Counted from the whole stretch's first letter, positions 40,365-54,691 are shown. The stretch: 62,859 bases of DNA, filler included, from Syncephalis fuscata S228 (GCA_025786725.1; 4 parts of 4 records of this genome joined end to end with filler, not necessarily neighbours in it); one strand, 5' to 3'. The notes: a model not told the origin generated them from the letters alone. Made by a program: numbers and translations.

Positions 40365-40710
40365 AATATGCCCAAAATGCAGCATTAGAAGATTGGAAAT
40401 AGAAGAGACATTCAGACGCAAGAAACCACACTGTACTTAGTAACAATAATAACAACTGCGTAACGATATGGAATCGCGATCAATGGCTTTTTATTAATGA
40501 TTGATCAATCTTTCTACGCATAGCAATAACAACAATAATCGGTTTTAAATGTTTCAAGAAATCAAATAGCATGTTAAATTCTTTTATTCAAATAAATTTA
40601 TTAACAACATTTTAATATGAAGTAATATAACTATGTTGCTGTGCATAACAGTACGAATTGAATTGAAACGAATTTTGCTTTGAAGGCTCAAATGTGGGAG
40701 TCAAGTACAA
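40365..40710 (-). mobile_element. MITE-like family C, copy 3 (half element)
   Basis: Colinear with 36150-36489; ends in AATGTGGGAGTCAAGTAC. Confidence 0.8.
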
Positions 40711-41062
40711 CTTAACATAATAAAATCTAGATTACGTAAATGTTAATAATAATATATAAATAGATCGATCGTTAGTAAATTCTTTGTAAATCAGTGTGTT
40801 CATGTATAGTATTTATTATTAATGTGTTCTAATACTATATTAATTGGCTAATAAAAATAGTGAATTCAATTATTAAACGATGGGAATGATGATGGTGGAT
40901 ATAATTTGCAGTCACATCAAGATGTATTAGTTTGATCATATTTGATAGCAAATAAAGGAGCGTATTTTGATTGGATGGACCGGGGCAGTTGGCCACGTCT
41001 TCTGCTATCCCACGGCTGTTATAAGCGTATATTTACTGGTTTTCTATTGACAGACTACTACT

Positions 41063-43519
41063 ATGTCGTATGCTTCAATTGCACGTGGTGGCGTATAGCC
41101 AGTACACGGTGCAACTTCGACCGGTATGTTCATATGTAAGTATAGTGTCTATCGTCTAGTTATTGCAGTAGCATACTGATGATATCAATGCTATCACATT
41201 CGTTACCAGTTGGCCTCGCCAGTCGTGCGTCATCAGTCCAATGGAAGTGCAAGTAATTCTGGAAAGCGATACTTAATCGATATAGCGCGCGTATTACGCA
41301 ACCAAAGTCGCAGGGTGCCTCTCAGGCTATGTGTAAGCTATAATAAATACCATTAATATTGATACTTATTATTATAATTATAGTATATGCCACCGGTCTA
41401 AAGGAAAATGATATGGCCAAGGCACAAGTGGGCATTTCAAGCGTGTAAGTATAAGTGTTGTAATAAATTGTTATAATAATAGTATTTTCTAGCTGGTATG
41501 AAGGCAATCCGTGTAATATGCACTTGAATGAATTGGCCGCAAAGGTTAAAGAAGGTGTTGAACAGGCCGGCCTAGTAGGCTATCGTTTTAACACGATTGG
41601 TGTTAGTGACGGTATTAGTATGGGCACAACTGGTATGCGCTATTCACTACAGTCACGCGAGATTATTGCCGACTCTATAGAGACGGTAGGTGGTCTATAT
41701 TTACTTTATAGATAATCAGCCAACTAAAAGACTATTAATTAGGTGATGGGTGCCCAGTGGTATGATGCCAATATTTCATTACCAGGTAAATAGTCAAATA
41801 TGGATATTTTATGTTATATATCTAATGATTTACGTAATTAGGCTGTGACAAGAACATGCCTGGTTGTATTATTGCTATGGGCCGTATTAATCGACCATCA
41901 TTGATGATTTATGGTGGCACGATTAAACCGGGCCATTCTGCTTGCACTAACCAGCCATTGGATGTTGTGTCTGTGTTTCAATGTTATGGCGAATACATCT
42001 CTGGTAAAATAACCGAAGAAGAACGCCAAGACATTGTTCGACATGCCTGTCCAGGTGCAGGTGCCTGTGGTGGCATGTATACCGCCAATACGAGTACGTA
42101 TTAACATTTAACATTTAATGCTGTTATAATAACAATAATACTAATGTATTATCCCAATCTATTAATCTGGACAGTGGCTAGTGCTATTGAAGCGATGGGT
42201 TTAACCTTGCCGTATAGTTCATCTATACCGGCTGAAGATCCACTCAAACTAGCAGAATGCGTAAAGGCTGGCGAGGCCATTAAACACTTACTTGAACTGG
42301 ACTTGAAGCCACGCGATATTATTACACGAGAATCGTTTGAAAATGCTATGGTGTTAACCATTGCTTTAGGAGGTTTGTTTTCTGTTATAGTTATCATATT
42401 AGTCAGTCAATAACCGTATACTATCAGGTTCTACCAATGCTGTACTCCATTTGATTGCCATTGCACGTGCATTTGGCATTAAATTGACATTGGATGATTT
42501 CCAAGCCGTGAGTGATCGTGTTCCATTTATTGCTGATTTGAAGCCAAGGTATAGTGATCATCAATAGTAGCAATCAAAACAATCTAATCTATTATTTATT
42601 ATAGTGGTAAATATGTTATGGAAGATGTGCACAATATTGGTGGTACTCCAGGTAAGACCATTGACTATTATATTATTATATTACCAACATATTGATCCAT
42701 TAATTATGATTAGCGGTATTGAAACATTTACTTGCTGAAGGATTGATCAACGGCGGATGTATGACCGTAACTGGCCGTACACTAGCCGAGAATCTACGCA
42801 ATCTGCCTTCATTGTCCAATGACCAGCCTATTCTCCGACCATTATCGGATCCTATCAAGCCTACCGGACATTTACAAATACTCCGAGGCAATCTTGCTCC
42901 CGAAGGATCTGTGGCCAAGATTACCGGCAAAGAAGGATTACACTTTGAAGGAGAAGCACGGGTATTTGATCGTGAAGAAGCTATGTTAATTGCTTTAGAA
43001 CGAGGTGAAATTGGTAAAGGACATGTGGTCGTTATTCGATATGAAGGTCCACAAGGTGGTCCAGGCATGCCAGAAATGTGTAAGCCACTATTTTTATAGC
43101 TATAGTAATGAACTAATAGGCCAATTATGTATATAGTAACACCAACTAGTGCCATTATGGGTGCCGGTCTTGGTAAAGACGTGGCTCTACTTACTGATGG
43201 TCGCTTCTCTGGTGGAAGCCATGTAAGTAGCTGCCGATAATTAGTATTTGTATTAATCTGCATTGATATCCAGGGATTTATTATTGGTCATATTACACCA
43301 GAAGCGCAAGTGGGTGGTCCAATCGCCCTTCTAAAGAACGGTGACCGTGTTGTTATTGATGCAAACACACGTGAAATTACCATGAAGGTCTCAGATGAAG
43401 AGTTGGCCCGTCGACGTGCTAAGTGGCAAGCACCGCCTTTGAAGGCCACCAGTGGCACTTTGTACAAATTCATCAAAAATGTCTCATCTGCAACCGACGG
43501 ATGTGTAACTGATGCATAA
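41063..43519 (+). CDS. ILV3: Dihydroxy-acid dehydratase (mitochondrial, branched-chain amino acid synthesis)
   Basis: [106 protein letters not shown]. Start approximate because of 5' indels. Confidence 0.97.
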
Positions 43520-44232
43520 TTGGCCATATTGTCACTGTCGTCGTCATTAGTATTAGTAATAATGCCAATACTACTACTAATAATATACTATGACTGGAGT
43601 AGTTGATGGGTGTTTATTCTTTATCAAAGGATTGTTTGTACAGAGTGTTACCCATGTAACTCAAGTAAATCCATTCAAATAGGCCTGTGTCCATTTTGAA
43701 CAAATGAAAAGTATTTACAACTATTTTAGTAGAACGTGTGTGCATGTGTGAGTGTGAGTGTGTGGATGTGGATGTGTATGGATTGTAGTGTGAAAGAGTA
43801 ATAACCAGACTTTTATGCATGCAGTAAAAAGTCGTGTGTGTAACAACAAGATTACCAATAATATCGAAGTGTCAATACCGCCTTTCCTTTTTACTTTCTT
43901 ATCAAGTTAGAACGCGTGTTGTTAGAGTGGAATTGACTTTTTTGAACTGATTGATATTCCGATAATAAGTAGATACAAATGGAATAAAATGCTATTGGTA
44001 GTAAATAGTGGTTATTAAACTGGATAGTAATAATAGAAATATAGTATTAATATACTAATATATTGATATACTAATAGTTGCTAAATAGTAGTATAAATAC
44101 AGGTTTATTATTAACAATTCAAGGTGATTTATATATTTATAAGAAATAGGCACCATTAATGGAGTAGAATAAAAGTATATATAAATAGGCATCAATAGAC
44201 AAAGCATCACAAATTTTCCTATTATTATTACA

Positions 44233-44253
44233 ACACACACACACACACACACA
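44233..44253. repeat. (AC)n microsatellite
   Basis: About 10 AC units. Confidence 0.9.
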
Positions 44254-44920
44254 CTTTACTCATACGTTCACTCTCACACACGCACCCATCATTGAATCTT
44301 TATTCGGCTAGTTTCTATCGTTGTTTGTTACCAATTATTTTCGTATTCTAGTGTTGAGTGGTGTAAAAAGTGCTTGAAATACGTTTTCTGTTATTCGAGT
44401 ATGCAATTGTTTGTTAAGACTCATCAGCTGATTATTCGTTATTTTACCGGCTGTATTGACACAGGTAAGTTGTATTTAGAGAAGCGCTGGATCTTGCGTA
44501 TTTTATAATGCTGGTTTCTTGGCGTTACAAAATACAGCAAACAGCCATCAATCTATACGTGTTTGCGTGTATGTAGAATAGGCGAGTGAGTGAGTACAAG
44601 TTACAAGTTATGCTTTAACTTGTGCATATACTCGATATATGCATCTATTTTTATTATGCATCATTTGAGCTATATCGTTATGCATATATGCTACTCGTGT
44701 TTTTTCTGCATATAATGGCTATATTATTCGTTTGATATAACAGCATTATGCGTTATTATTGCCTTGATAGGCACAAATGGATATACACGCGTGTATCTTG
44801 CCTATTCTGTTATACTAACCGGCCATCTATGCTATCTATTTGAATTTTTTATTGTATTTAGCCACGATTGTTATCTTCCATAACTTGATATCATCCGAAT
44901 TACGGTGATTGTTTGCTGTA

Positions 44921-47900
44921 ATGAATGGGCGTGACCGTCAGATGTCGGGTGCATCTACGCTACCCGATGACCGTGGTGGTGGATCCTATGCTAACTATCC
45001 AACACCATCTTCTATGACACCATATGCCAATGGTGGAGGAGATGCTTTAGCCGAACAAGTAAGTTAAATATATAGCTATAATAGAATGATTAATAACCTA
45101 TTATGAATAGGAGGCACATCGATATTATCAACAACAACAACAACAACATCGATCTATGCATACATCGTCTCATACTACTTCACATCGACACGGTTATACA
45201 TCTCAATCTGATTTGGAAGCATCTGCTTTACATTATCATCACCAACAACAACAACAGCAGCAGCAGCACAGCAGCAACAACACAACAGTCGCACCATCAC
45301 CACCATCAACAACAACAACAACAACAGGCAGCATCATATCATCAGCGTCCCTCGCATGGCTATCATACTTCGTCTTCATCTGGACATTCAGCCAATTATA
45401 TGCAAAAGCCTTCAAGCTCACATAGTACGGCACATCAATATCCATATCACCACAATTTGCATACAATGCACCATGGCTCTTCACTATCACCGGTACAGCC
45501 ACCACGATCTGCTTATGCGTATACCGGCCATTCGTCTACGCATCATCCACACCAACCACAACAAACAGCTCAAACACCAGTGCAACATTATCGTGAGCCT
45601 GTAACACCGGTACAACAACACTTTCAATCTAAATATGCCGATAAACCAAATCATAATGACGCAGCTGATGCAATGAATGCCTATAGACATACACATCATG
45701 CCTATCATCCACACGACCGCCGTGGATCTATATCGCACTCGCATGCTCATATGACACATCCAACATCAAGCCCTGCTTACCATTCGGTTGCACGTCAAAG
45801 TGAATCCGCAGCCACGATGCATCATCGACAACAAGGCCTACCGAGTAGTGGCAGTACAGCAAGTAGACATATGATGGATCCACGCTACACATCACATAAC
45901 TACATGGGCACTTCATCTGGCCGATCTGATTCTAGAGTAAGTTAATTAGACTAATTTATTGATTTATAACAATATTAATGAATGATATAGTTGCACTATT
46001 CAGCCGATCATCGAGAATCGCACGTTAATAGTAGTGGCATGCCTAGTAGTCATGATCCAAATATGGCTTATACTGCTAGTTCAGCACATACAACCGGATC
46101 ACACGTACATTCTAGTGGTGGTGGTGTGGTGTACGTGAAGTATGGGAACGAGGTGACAGAAGAGCCCATAATGTACCAAATGATTGGATGGAGTCTAATC
46201 GACCTGGAACAAGTTATCATGATATACATGATGAACGAGCATATCGTCAAGTGCCACCAGCATCTACAAAATCATCGGTAGTAACACAGCAGCAGCACCA
46301 CCACCACCACCAAATGCTACTACACCCACGATAGCCAGTGGACGTCATCGTGCTTCATCCATTTCATCGAATAAAATGATATCTACACGACAAGAACAGC
46401 ATCCACATCATCAACACCACCAGCAGCATCATTCACAACAACAGCAACAACAGTCATCGTCACAGCAACAGCAACAGCATCAGCATCACCCATTGGCGCC
46501 ATCAACACCAGCATCTGGATATTCATCGCATACACCCAATCATACATTACCAAGTCATGCTAAATCGTCACAGATAAATCAACAGTCAGAATTGCGTCCT
46601 CGTTCAGCATCAACTAGTATTTATCCTACCAATGGAGATATGTTGCCTGGACCAAATGAATTAAAACGAAAAGCGGAACAGCCACGTACAAGTTCTAGTA
46701 TTGCACCTACACCGCCATTATCAAAACAAATGGCTACTTCAGAAGTGACAAAGCACGATACTATGCATAGCGCCAACACTGGCATAGAACGTACTCATGC
46801 TTATACGGCAGATACACATAGAGCGAGTCAGCATCAACATGTGCCAACAAGCCATATTCAAACGGAACAGCAGTGGAGAGATGCGCGATATTTACAGACT
46901 CAAGCTGCTTATCGACATATTGGACGACGTGCATCGAAAGATATGCTAGAACCCGACACGAATACACCTATGGAAATGACGCCATCTTCCGAAAACTGTA
47001 TGATAATTCGTCTTCGGCCAATGCTTCATCTGCACATAGCTCTTTATATTATAATCGTGAAGATATAATGCATAATACACTGCCTCGTCGACGTCGTAGA
47101 AGTTCTGTTTATGCCATGGGCGACAAGCCATTAATGCCACCATATTCAAGTACAAAACCGGCCCCACTTGGCAATGACCATAGTGAGCATTTACCGCCAA
47201 AAGGATTGACTGAAAATGATGCAGCCAACATTCTATGTAGTCTTCATCATGTGCAGCCCTCAGCGGCCGAATTAGACACTGAAGCAGTCGATTCACCAGC
47301 AAATTTAATTAACATGGCTCGTGAAAAGGCCGCCAACGAACTAATCCACGTAGAATTGGATCCAGTTGTTGCAGCATGGGCAGCGGGTAAACGTGCAACA
47401 TTACTTGCTTCATGTGAACCGGTCATGTCACCCTATGGACCACAACATATAGTATCGGAACCCGAGCTAGCCGAAGAGGAGGAAGAGGAAGAAGAAGAGG
47501 AAGAAGAGGACGTAAAAACTAATACAAAAGTGCCACTTTCACGATCCAGTACATTAAATTCAGATCGACAAGATGACGATAATGATCATAATGGTGGTAG
47601 TAATAATGGTGGTGCAGCTATTTCATCGCATTCATCTGCCGATTCGTATTCGACCGCCAACGATACAGGTAAAGAACCAAATGGACGTGACCATACAAGT
47701 TCGGGCAACGACAAACAGCACACATATACGTCGAATAGGTATAACAATACTGCATCTACATCAAATGGCCATCAATACAATACAACAGAAAGAAGTACAC
47801 AAAAACGACGAGCCTCTGAGGCTGGTTTAAAAGAAGGAGACAATGAGGATGGCACCATGTCAACCAAGCGTATTCTACTGCCAGAATCGACAGCTACCAC

Positions 47901-48158
47901 ATTAGCACCACCAATAATGATTGATATCAGCGATTCAGAAGAGACGAGCGAGCATAAGAACCGCTTTCAACACTGCCTACGATGTCAGTGGCGGTAACAT
48001 GTAATCAAACATCGCCCACTTCTACTTTAAATTCTGTCACTAGTGAAATGAATGGTAAACATTTACCGGATATTGAATTACGCGCCACCACACCATCGAC
48101 TGAATCGGATGAAAATGGCATAGAAGAACTATCGGATACATCAAACATAACGGTATAA
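44921..48158 (+). CDS. Large low-complexity His/Gln/Ser-rich protein with an acidic tract; possible transcriptional regulator
   Basis: ATG at 44921, introns ~45059-45110 and ~45937-45990; ORFs 45103-45945, 46376-47068 and 46873-47997 overlap across indels; poly-Q/H, poly-E, ENDAANILCSL motif; probable 5' UTR intron 44465-44861. Confidence 0.7.
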
Positions 48159-48196
48159 GGACGTCTAATGGCGAGGACAGTCAGCAAAATACAGCA

Positions 48197-48296
48197 NNNN
48201 NNNNNNNNNNNNNNNNNNNNNNNNNNNNNNNNNNNNNNNNTTAATTAATTAANNNNNNNNNNNNNNNNNNNNNNNNNNNNNNNNNNNNNNNNNNNN
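48197..48296. other. Artificial contig linker
   Basis: N44-TTAATTAATTAA-N44. Confidence 0.97.
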
Positions 48297-49592
48297 ATAT
48301 TATTCGTAAATTTCAAATTGATTCACTTTGTCATATACATATACATACATTATACTTTATCATCAATATCCATGCACTTTCTTTGACTATTCAACTGAGT
48401 TTACCTCATTTTATTAGCTTACAGCCAAGTATACGATATAAATAGAAAATAAAGACAAAAAGCAGCGAGTCTACAACAACGGCTATATCAGATTGTGAAA
48501 TAGTCAATGGTTTGCTAGTTAGTACAGTTTATGCACACCAATATCGTATCTATAATTACAAACATAGTAAACATTTGTCAATGTATGTTATTTAGTATTG
48601 GCAGCTAATTAACAAAGTTTAGTATTATTTAACTTTGTAATGATCATCATATTAGCTTGTTGATAAATCTAAATAAACATCTAGCAAAATTCAACATAGC
48701 TTAAACGCAATCATAATAGAATGCAATGCTAAACAGTGTTTATTTGATATGTTGATGGCCTAAACTCCCACCCATCAGCGTCGGTCTATACGGTCTTCAG
48801 CTATCATAATCAGATGTGCCGTGGCTGCTGTTTTACCATTGCTTATAACACAAACAATATCAGAAACTACTCAGTCAGGCGACATACATGACTAGATAAA
48901 CAGAAACGAACAACCAACAACGCTGAGCCCATACCCACGTCTAGGCCATCTACACACAAACAAGAAATCTAAATGCAATAACAGCAGTGCAATAGCACAC
49001 TGTTGCGATATTATACAGCCAACACAACCACATCGCCATTTTTACGCAGTTGAAGATAACAACTTAGATGGCACAAACAGTATAGCACCTTAAACCAAAG
49101 TTGTGCCAATTAAGGCGCTTTAACTGCCAAAACAACAATGCCATTATGACAACTGCTTAACATCACCACAAGCAAGGAATAGTGATATGTATATACACAC
49201 ACCTGAGTGTACATACAAGCACCACCATACAATACACATAGTGGACTACAGCATAAATTAGTTGCTTTAACACGGCTGCCGATCGGCGCACTGTGGTCGA
49301 GCCGGCTACTTCCCTCATTTAGACAAGTAAAGTATGCCGAGCAGTTGCATATTGTATGGCTTCACAAGCAAGCAGTTACAGTGCGCCATATAAAGCTATG
49401 CATTCCGCTAAACATTGTAAGTTACGAACATATGAAATAGTAGAATGCACCTGCCAATTAGTTAAAGAACAAATGTAAATCAAAAGGCGTAATTAAGATT
49501 ACGTGTTTTAATGGGGAATGTGTTATGTAGGCACACGTGTGTACGTTTAGCGCAGAAGCAAGCACTCAGCATTATCCAATGGATTGAATCCA
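48297..49592 (-). repeat. Second, longer copy of the 1932-2935 repeat
   Basis: Reverse-complement colinear; two extra ~150-bp blocks (~48570-48715, ~48765-48920) are absent from the first copy; the contig begins inside the repeat. Confidence 0.9.
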
Positions 49593-50818
49593 TTAAGCAG
49601 AGTGAAAAAAGAAACAGAATAGGCCAGCTTAAAGAAAGGCGTGTTATGCAATGGTGTGTAACATAATGCATATTCAGTAAGGGCGAATATCATTGCAAGG
49701 CAAAGAACTATTTGTTCAATTGAACAGTGCGATGATTCAGTAAAAATAAAATGGTTGAATACGGATTATTGCGTTACCAATATACCAATCTAATGTAAAT
49801 GAACAAATAATAGTGATTTACTTATCTATCGCGGTAATACAATTACGAAATAGTCTGAACTTGTTTCATTGCTTTCTTTGATGGATATGCACGTCAGTGC
49901 TAGCAAAAATGCAAGCTAGTGAAAAAAGTTGCAACATAAAAATAGGCGTATTACCATTTCAAGATTGCAGTCTTGTTTAAATTATCATCAGTTGATGGAA
50001 TATGTCTAAGCAATTACCAATTAAATAAGATATGTATGCTATTAATCAATGTTGAAATAACATCCAGTTGAAATAAAAGACTTTCACTGAATTTTAATAT
50101 CTTGTTAAAAATGATTTACAAGTATGTACAGTAAGCTATACATTCAAGCCTTAGCTATAAAACAAACGTTTTTGTAAAGCCAATTTATTTGGTATTTCAT
50201 GCATGTTACACAGTGTCATTAGCATCAATCATTAGCACTTGTCTACTTTCCTATACAACTTGCTATATTATAGTAACTAATATAGCTAAAAAGATTATAT
50301 GTATTTGAATACGTTGTTATATTTTATTTATCTCAGTAGCATCCATATTGCCAGATATTTTGCATAAACTTTATTAAATATGCCCACTATTTGCGTATGA
50401 ATGTCTCAAACTAACTCTCAAAATGCTTACTCTGTGCTACTGCGTGTGTGCCGGTGCGTTTCCCAATCGGTAAACGGTGGTTTAGCACACATTTTCAAGC
50501 TTGACAATCAGTTGCACTCATTGATTTGTTGTACAATTGCTAGCCAATTGGTCATATACTGACATATGATTAATAAAAACCAAATGTTTAGAAACACATT
50601 TATAGCGCAACTAGTCATGTCGTAATGGTGCTGTTTCAAATGTACTATGACACATCGCCCATGCTTGTTAGCCTATTTATTAAATAAATATATGAGTTGT
50701 TCAATATAGTATTCGCGTAATGAACTTTTTCTAAAAGCTTTATATCATTATTTGATACGGTGTTTTGATTTATCTTGCAGTATTATAACATCTCTTAAAT
50801 ATCTAAGTTTATTACATC

Positions 50819-53430
50819 ATGGACAGCCCAAACAATCCATTTAGTTGTATCAATGCTGCTTCGTCTATAAATAATCCTCCTCGTATCTCATTGCTCCTCC
50901 CGCTTCGCCATTTGTAGCTGAACCTGTTACATACTCTGCTACTAAAGATATTTCTTATGAATTTCTTCAGCGGTCCAAGTAACAAACAGCCTATGTGCCC
51001 GCTCTTGCTCGCCATTCGTTACGCCTAATAACTCTGTAGAAGCATATATGAAAAGCTTCCTACAGCATGGGAAATTGAGGAGCAGAGCGGGCAGAGGTAG
51101 CGGATGGATTGAAGTTGTTGATGACAAAAATACAGGTAAGTAAATATCATTAATAAGCAATTGACATAACCATCTATTTAAAGAACATCTTCTGAACATG
51201 GAGAAATATTCAATGCTGGCCAGTTATTTCAGGTAGTTATACAGCGTATAAAACTAGTACTTACTATATAGTACTAATCATGATTGTATTACATAACAAT
51301 ATATACAAACCACAATAGCTGATTTAATTAAACATAATGCTAATGACCATACCACACACATTTATTAATACAATGATTATTTGATTTAGCACAAGTGAAA
51401 TTCAAAATAATAAGCAAGCTAATTATTCTCCATATTATGGTAAGTAATATATGTCATTTATTAGAATAGCATAATAACTGCAATTACTATTTAGGAAAAT
51501 AATGAGATACATTTAAAGTAAGTAACTGCTATAACATCAATAGTAGTATTAAATATGTAATTAGAGTTGATGAACGGAGAAATAATGGGTAAATAACAAT
51601 TATTATTAGCCATTACACAGCACTGATAAAATGTTTAGTTACGGCGCCAAAATCGAATCCGAAGCACATGTGTGTTAAATAACAATAGCTTTATTCAGCT
51701 TTATAACCACATGGTAAGCTCTATTATTTATAAATCACTGCTAATCAGTTATTTAGTTTTTATATTGTATATAATTGAAAAGCTGGAACTGAGAATTGGC
51801 GATCCAAGTCTCGATTTTGGCCTGGTAAGTTGGCATATCTAAATATGATACTTTATAACAGCCAACAGTTATAGGCCATTAACATAAATATGCTGTGACA
51901 AGCCAGCTACTTGGACAGTAAGTGTGTATATCATTCAAACTGTATTATCTTTAACCTGAATTTAGTGGCACATACGGCGACGTGTTTTATGGTGAACACG
52001 CGACAACAAGACGCCATTGCTGTCAAATATGTGACAAAAGAAGATTAAGGGAGCGACAGAGGATGACAGTGTGAATGAACTTGAAGAAAAAATGCCATGG
52101 TCGCTGCTGCTCAGGGCCATCCAAATATTATCAAGCTAGTGAATACCCATCAAACGAAGGGTATAACTACTTGATATTTGAGTATGCAGCTGGCGGCGAC
52201 CTGCTCAGCTACTGCAAATGCCATGGCCGGCTAGCTGAGCAGGAGGCCAAACACATATTCAACAATTGTTAGAAGGAGTTAAGGTAAGCAATAATTTTAT
52301 TTAATAATGTTACTAACTTTAAATTAGCATCTTCATGCAAAAGATATTGTTCATCTTGGTAAGTTAAAATTAAATTATTTATATAGCTAACAAAACTGCT
52401 ATTACTATTATTTAGATATTAAGGTAATTAACTAATGAATGTTTACATTCATTATTTCATTCTAACCACACATTAGCCGGCAAATATTCTACTCAGAAAG
52501 CATGTCAAATATCCGTCCATTATAATTACGGATTTTGGCACGGCACTCAGACTGAAGCCAGAGAAGCCAGTATTTAATAAGATACGTGGCAGTAATGGTA
52601 CATGGCACCAGATGTTATTCTTCGCGCCGGTTCTAGGGATCAATGATTATGAAGTTACTACGACACATAAAGTTATCGCTATATTAAATGTGCAATTTCT
52701 TGACAAGGATACGGTAAAGAGGTTGACCTATGGAGTCTTGGTGTCACATTGTGTTATATGCTTTCAAGTAAGTATTTGTAAATTTGGCAGCTTTATTAAT
52801 TATTATTTTAATCAGACAAACTTCCATACAAAGCTGATGATAGTAGTACAACTGAAGATTATATCATCGATATACTAAGCAGTCCACTGAATTTTGGTGA
52901 TAGCTGGGATGGAGTATCAGAAAAGGTAAGTATTTACAAGATAATACTAAATACAAAACCAATTTTGATTTTTCTGTAGCACGCAATCTAATCTGCGGTC
53001 TTTTGGCTGTTGACCGCACATTGCGTTTAACGGCAAAACAAGCTTTGGAAAGCGAATGGCTTACGGAATCACCAGAAACCCCAGCGATTCAGAGTTGATT
53101 CAAGCGACATTAGAAGAAGAAGAAATAGTAGTAGTAGAAGCAGAGGCTGACCAACAGAAGTAGTAATAGAAGAAAAGAACCAACCGAGAAGGAAGAAGAG
53201 ATAATAACTAACAATGCTGAAGAGGAAGTATACAAAATTCAACTGCATCAACGCGGAAAATGCAGTTCAAGAACACGCTGCTGTTCCTACAAATCAATAT
53301 GGTATTAAACGGGCGCGTTCAACAAGTATAAGTAGCGACCAACGTCCAGTCAAGATTTCCAAAAATGTAGGTGTTTATTAAAATATTTGGTACATATGCT
53401 AATGGAATAATTACAGGCAACATTTTGTAA
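50819..53430 (+). pseudogene. Divergent CAMK/Chk2-Mek1-like kinase, many small exons, multiple frameshifts (pseudogene or error-rich assembly)
   Basis: KYAVTSQLLG-SGTYGDVF, IAVKY, GHPNIIKL, LIFEYAAGGDL, HAKDIVHL-DIK-PANILL, TDFG, GSNGYMAPD, GYGKEVDLWSLGV, ARNLICGLLAVD..LRLTAKQAL; at least 6 frame breaks. Confidence 0.8.
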
Positions 53431-53569
53431 TGATTTGTGTCATTCATATTCATATATTAAAATAAATATTGAAATTAGTACAACGTAATGATTTTATTTA
53501 TATTAGTTTTATGCTATATTAAATTATCTATTTATTATTAACATGATATGGGATTAAATGATTTTCTTG

Positions 53570-54620
53570 TAACATTCGCGTAGTTAAACTACATTTTGTT
53601 CTATTGAACATGAGACAAGTGGTGAGTTTTATTTAATCATCACATCATCACATTTATTGTGACTTGGTAGTCAAATGACTATTTTAATAACACCCAATCT
53701 ATTGAACATGATGATGGGTGGTGAGTGACATTAATCATCAAATACTCATCGTTGTGGATTCATTATCCAATATGCATATATTCAGTATACATATATAGTA
53801 TATGCACTTATATCATTCCCATTCTATCCACACTATCATATATCATTTTACGATATACTAGATATGTTTTATTGTTTATATGTTCCATTACATTTCACTT
53901 ATTCCACCCATTGCATTATATGCACTATAACTTCAACATTGTTTTATGTACTTTCTTACCGTACACTTTTCATTTTATTTATTATTCCATACTCATATAG
54001 CCATGCTCTATCCAAAACCATTTTAATTTTTGATTTTGATTTATTATTAATAAATTCAACTAATGTCGGTCATTTGCTCATGCATTTATACTCAATAACT
54101 TTAACTGCCAATATCGTTCAATATTGCATATTCATTATAATGTTTATCATTTTATTATACATTGGCCATACGCTGTCTATAACCGTTGTCGGTATGGTTT
54201 CAACTTTTTTATTAATAAAATTAACTTATTGCACTTAGTTTATTCACTAAGTTATATTAGTGGAACAAATAATATGAATATGAATTGAATTGTTTTATTA
54301 AGATTATTTATAAATAAACTAGATCATGCTAATTAGTTATTATTTTAATGTTAATCAAGCAAATTGACGGATATAAATAGTAATAACACATACTATGATG
54401 ATATATGCATACTGGACAATAGACCTACAATGATGAGTATTTGATGATTGATGTCACTCATCACTCATCATTATGTTTAATAAATTGGCTGTTATTAAAA
54501 ATAGTCATTTGACCACCAAACAAAAGATAAATGTGATGATGTGATGATTAAACAGAGATTACCACTTAATTCCATGATTAACAGAACAATTGTGAGGTTC
54601 ACGTAAGCGAATATTATTAA
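53570..54620. mobile_element. Two-armed family A element with ~215-bp imperfect inverted repeats
   Basis: 53572-53790 aligns with the reverse complement of 54394-54615 (TTTAATCATCACATCATCACATTTAT, GTCAAATGACTATTTT, GAGTGACAT.AATCATCAAATACTCATC); non-coding interior homologous to 18540-19000. Confidence 0.85.
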
Positions 54621-54691
54621 ATTTAATAATTTGCAAATGGCTATGGTTTTCATTAATAAATAATGATAATAAAGCTTTATTTATTTTTTGT

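Noticed and set aside
53725-54238. Hydrophobic ORFs (also 18493-18824, 2847-3131, 11312-11620, 12755-12994)
   Set aside because: They lie within non-coding repeats, and frames are not conserved between copies.
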